Sequence record: AP017972.1
Source of the DNA: Vibrio phage pTD1
Strand: one strand, 5' to 3'
DNA length: 40,000 nt
Position numbers and translations under genes: made by a program. Positions 36,963 to 40,000 of this stretch are shown piece after piece. The notes under the pieces were generated by a model, which saw nothing but the letters and a program-made list of their open reading frames with translations, made no database searches and was not told where the DNA came from. Position 1 is the stretch's first letter, and each line of letters opens with the position of its first letter.

Positions 36963-37442
36963 CATGCATTTTTTGTCACCTAAGTGACGCATGGAACGCA
37001 GTGGTGGTGTCGGAACACCCGAACTGTATTCTCCTAAGGAGAACTAATAGGTATTGGAGGACCTATTAGAGAAGAACACAGCCGGCTGTAGAGACAGCAA
37101 GTTCGCCACATTTAAAAAATGGCCGGAAGGCGAACGTATCTTCAGAAGAGGAAAGGGAAAACCTCTAATGAGAATGTGGCGTCCCGTCGAATAGCAGCTC
37201 AATCGTGACAAGGGGCACGAACTACCCGACCGGACATAATAAGTGTCCGTCAATTTTCATTAACGGACGTGCGCTTTATATCTACTGATCTGTAACTAAC
37301 CAATTGGGGGTTGGTAAGTTTGTGGTGAGACTTACGGCTATCTGCATCTCTGCCGTGATTCGCGGTAAGTACCTGTAGGTGTTCAAATTCGACATCTGAG
37401 CAGACGCTCGATTTATTCTCACCACATAGTATTACACTTCAG
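36933..37442 (-). ncRNA. Candidate large structured non-coding RNA (family unidentified)
   Basis: ~500 nt without a credible ORF. Perfect pairings: 37321-37330/37417-37426 (10 bp closing a branched domain), 37044-37052/37061-37069 (9 bp), 37105-37112/37173-37180 (8 bp), 37101-37107/37129-37135 (7 bp), 37029-37034/37038-37043, 37006-37010/37015-37019, 36975-36979/36984-36988, 37084-37089 with 37094-37098, 37147-37151/37162-37166, 37245-37250/37263-37268. Terminator on the minus strand. Confidence 0.55.
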
Positions 37443-38147
37443 TTATATAGCGTTGATTAATTTTAGTTGGCGGTACTGCTTAGGACCTACGTCATAACGT
37501 TTGGTAAACTGCACAACAAAATAGTGATAGCTTACAAACCCGCACTCGGTCGCGATTTGTCGAGGTGTCAGTTTAGGTTTAAATAGCAACTTAGCTGCTT
37601 CTTCTAAACGCATGGTTACTAAACGTTCTTCGAAAGTACTGTCATAAACGATCTTCATAATCTCTTGCACTTCTTCTTTGCTGAGATTGAAGTCGTCTTG
37701 AACTCGAGTTAGGGTTAACTCAGGTTCGCGGAAGTGTCTGATCAGGTATTTACGAAGTTCGTTTTGTGTCACTTCATTGATGCGTTTAGGATAAGTTTCT
37801 CGATCACCATCCTTAACTTTGCAGATTATTGATTTACGATAATCGGTCGGCGACATCCCAGTGTAGTCTTTAAAACGACGCTCGAAGCTAGCACGAGCAC
37901 CATAACCAACTTCATCATGAATGGTGAGAGGGTTAATCATGTCTAGACTAAGAAGGTGTTTAGCGTGTCCCATGCGAGCTTCTACTAACATCTCCTTAAC
38001 CGATGGGTGGTTATGTTTCTCTAGGAAACGTCCCATGCTTGGCCCACTCATATTGAGCCGTGCGTAAATCTTAGCGGAGGCTTTGCTTTCTGCAAATAGT
38101 TCTTTGACTGCGGCTTCGATTTTTAAAATGGTTTCTTGGGTATCCAT
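37443..38147 (-). CDS. Tandem double AraC-type HTH protein (2 modules)
   Basis: Module ends VGYGARASFERRFKDYTGMSPTDYRKS and CGFVSYHYFVVQFTKRYDVGPKQYRQL match the AraC signature GF.s..yF.r.FKk..G.tP..yR. Confidence 0.8.
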   Translation of the reverse strand: MDTQETILKIEAAVKELFAESKASAKIYARLNMSGPSMGRFLEKHNHPSVKEMLVEARMGHAKHLLSLDMINPLTIHDEVGYGARASFERRFKDYTGMSPTDYRKSIICKVKDGDRETYPKRINEVTQNELRKYLIRHFREPELTLTRVQDDFNLSKEEVQEIMKIVYDSTFEERLVTMRLEEAAKLLFKPKLTPRQIATECGFVSYHYFVVQFTKRYDVGPKQYRQLKLINAI

Positions 38148-38149
38148 AA

Positions 38150-38857
38150 CTACTTACTCTTAAAAGAATTGGCGTACGTTTGAGGATGTGTACGGAATTG
38201 TTGTTTAAATAACGTCACGAAGTATTGGAAGGAACATATCCCTATTTGCCCGTGTATGCTCGTCACATCAATCTTTGGGTTTTCACGGATTAAGTCAGAG
38301 GCGATTTTCATTCGTAGCGATTTACGCCAATCCGTGTAGGTCATTCCGTAATAGTGTTCGAACATTTCACCCAAACACGACCCCGGTAGTTTAAATCGAG
38401 ATTCTAGATCTCTCAAGGTGTAGTTACACTGTATGTTTTCGGTAACGAACTTCTTGATAGACTCTCGAAGTGATTCGGGATATAACACATCCATTTGTGG
38501 GACCGAGATAGGTTCAGTAATCACACCCGCATAGAACGTATATTCCTCAGTAGGTGTGGTGGAAAAAGATTCCTGATAAACTCGGGTAAATGCGCGGTGC
38601 GAGCTGTACCCGCATTCCTTATAGACCGAAGTTGGTTTGACTCCATTCATCAGTAGCTGCTTGGCATGGCGCATACGAACACCCCGGAGATAAGCCCCGG
38701 GGGTGGTATCCAGTTGACGACGAAAGAGGTCAGTGACCCCATTCATGCTCATCCCTAGTTGATCGCCGATATCTTTAGCTCGGATGGTACGGTGAAAGTT
38801 TTTATCGACCCATTTTAAGGTGTCTTGAAATAATTGTTCTCTGAACGATTGTTGCAT
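38150..38857 (-). CDS. Tandem double AraC-type HTH protein (2 modules)
   Basis: CGYSSHRAFTRVYQESFSTTPTEEY and IGICSFQYFVTLFKQQFRTHPQTY; both preceded by MRHAKQLL / MKIASDLI helices. Confidence 0.8.
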   Translation of the reverse strand: MQQSFREQLFQDTLKWVDKNFHRTIRAKDIGDQLGMSMNGVTDLFRRQLDTTPGAYLRGVRMRHAKQLLMNGVKPTSVYKECGYSSHRAFTRVYQESFSTTPTEEYTFYAGVITEPISVPQMDVLYPESLRESIKKFVTENIQCNYTLRDLESRFKLPGSCLGEMFEHYYGMTYTDWRKSLRMKIASDLIRENPKIDVTSIHGQIGICSFQYFVTLFKQQFRTHPQTYANSFKSK

Positions 38858-38869
38858 GGTAATAAACCT

Positions 38870-39973
38870 TTAATGTAGTTCTATGTTTTTGACTCCGACT
38901 TCGATGTACTTTTTGAATTGCTCGGTGTCCTTTAAACGCATTACACGTTCTGGATGTTTGCGAGCTTCTGTCGGGGTCAAGCCGAAATGACGTTTAAAAG
39001 AAGTACAGAACGAACTGCGCTTGCCACTGGTCGCTACGCTGAAAATACGTTCCATACTCCATTTGGTGTTTAGAATAAGGTATAGTGAAGCTTCGAGTTC
39101 TAATGCACGGTAAACACATTTAGCGTTCATCCCAGTGGCGTGTAAGAACATCTTAGTCCAATTACCGTAATGAACACCGTAGAACTTTTGGATGTCTCGG
39201 ATAGGTTGATGGTCTGTAAAGACTTCTTCCGCGAGGTGTTCTAAGATCTCATCCATCAAATGTTGGTTAACCCAACGTTGCTCCCCACACACTATCGCGG
39301 TAAAACCGTAGCTGTGTTCACGACCGTAGTCGAACGTCGTCTTCCCGTAATACTTTTTAAACATGAGATTAAAACCAGTGATGCGGGTTTGACGAACGTG
39401 TTTTAAAATAGTACGTTTGATCCAACCTCTCTGTTCAATCTGCTTAGCAATGTGATCACATTGTATCTTAATCAAGTATTCCTTAGGGTAGAGTCCGTTG
39501 GCTCGTTTAAAAGCACGGCGAACACTGACATCAGCAAATACCGTATCTTCCATCACTTCACTGACATTAACGATACGGGTGAAGTTTTGATCAATCACTT
39601 CCTTTAAACGAATCGCCACTTCGTTCGGGGTGTCAGTTGAAGGGGATTTACCTTCGGTCTCCATCTTAAACGCGATGCGATGTTTAATCGGTGATAACTT
39701 AGCGTGATGGATGTACCAATTCGTAAAGCGATGGACGTTTTCATAAAGTAAGTCTTTCATGATCTCGCTAATAGGACGATCGGTTCGAGTAACTTCATGC
39801 ATAGCGTATTCGCTGCGAAGTTTACCTAAGTAGTATTTAGGGCTTTCCAACCCATCCCTTGCAAACGCGTAACGTAATTGGTGAGGTCCAACGTTAAACG
39901 TTTCAGCGACATCCCGTGCCATGGTAATCGATTTAAAATTATGCTTGATGTAATCGAGCGTGCGTTTTACCAA
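38870..39973 (-). CDS. Triple, degenerate AraC-type HTH protein (3 modules)
   Basis: Three HTH-repeat-like units; the last, SGKRSSFCTSFKRHFGLTPTEARKHP, is closest to the AraC consensus, the first two are diverged. Confidence 0.65.
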   Translation of the reverse strand: MVKRTLDYIKHNFKSITMARDVAETFNVGPHQLRYAFARDGLESPKYYLGKLRSEYAMHEVTRTDRPISEIMKDLLYENVHRFTNWYIHHAKLSPIKHRIAFKMETEGKSPSTDTPNEVAIRLKEVIDQNFTRIVNVSEVMEDTVFADVSVRRAFKRANGLYPKEYLIKIQCDHIAKQIEQRGWIKRTILKHVRQTRITGFNLMFKKYYGKTTFDYGREHSYGFTAIVCGEQRWVNQHLMDEILEHLAEEVFTDHQPIRDIQKFYGVHYGNWTKMFLHATGMNAKCVYRALELEASLYLILNTKWSMERIFSVATSGKRSSFCTSFKRHFGLTPTEARKHPERVMRLKDTEQFKKYIEVGVKNIELH

Positions 39974-40000
39974 TGCATCTTGGGTTTCTGGTAAAGAAGG

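Noticed and set aside
37044-37253. 69-aa minus-strand ORF within the candidate RNA
   Set aside because: It crosses several perfect helices, has no clear RBS and a non-natural-looking composition; treated as spurious.
36933-37442. Self-splicing group I or group II intron
   Set aside because: No recognisable P7/S-type core, no domain V-like hairpin, no homing endonuclease ORF, and both flanking genes appear intact.
36933-37442. RNase P RNA, because of GAGGAAAGGG at 37148
   Set aside because: Only a short resemblance, located in a simple AGAGG/CCTCT hairpin; the other conserved RNase P regions were not found.
1-40000. tRNA genes
   Set aside because: No cloverleaf with a GGTTCGAnTCC-type T-arm was found by eye. 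tRNAscan-SE should be run to confirm.
1-40000. CRISPR array or transposon
   Set aside because: No regularly spaced direct repeats, transposase motifs or terminal inverted repeats were seen.

Overview
The window looks like the core of a jumbo (phiKZ-like) phage genome. Most genes are on the minus strand, tightly packed and separated by strong hairpin terminators. Supported functions are: split multi-subunit RNA polymerase genes (a beta C-terminal part, a beta' N-terminal part with NADFDGDQM, and two different beta' C-terminal-type ORFs); a family-B DNA polymerase whose catalytic motifs sit on two ORFs about 30 kb apart on opposite strands; an SF2 helicase; an SbcD/Mre11-like metallophosphoesterase; and an SSB-like protein with a DDIPF tip. 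Large probable virion or highly expressed proteins (488 aa and 702 aa) and many ORFs with no recognisable family are also present. The most unusual part is the right end. A cluster of three consecutive genes (37443-39973) appears to encode only AraC-type HTH modules (2+2+3 repeats) with no recognisable ligand-binding domain. It is followed on the same strand by a ~500-nt non-coding interval (36933-37442) packed with perfect hairpins and long-range pairings and ending in a UUCG-loop intrinsic terminator, which is a candidate structured ncRNA. A repeated promoter-like element (ACACC...ATATAG...AAA, read on the plus strand) occurs at five or more minus-strand gene starts. I saw no tRNAs, CRISPR arrays or transposases. 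All family calls come from motif recognition by eye; no database search was run.
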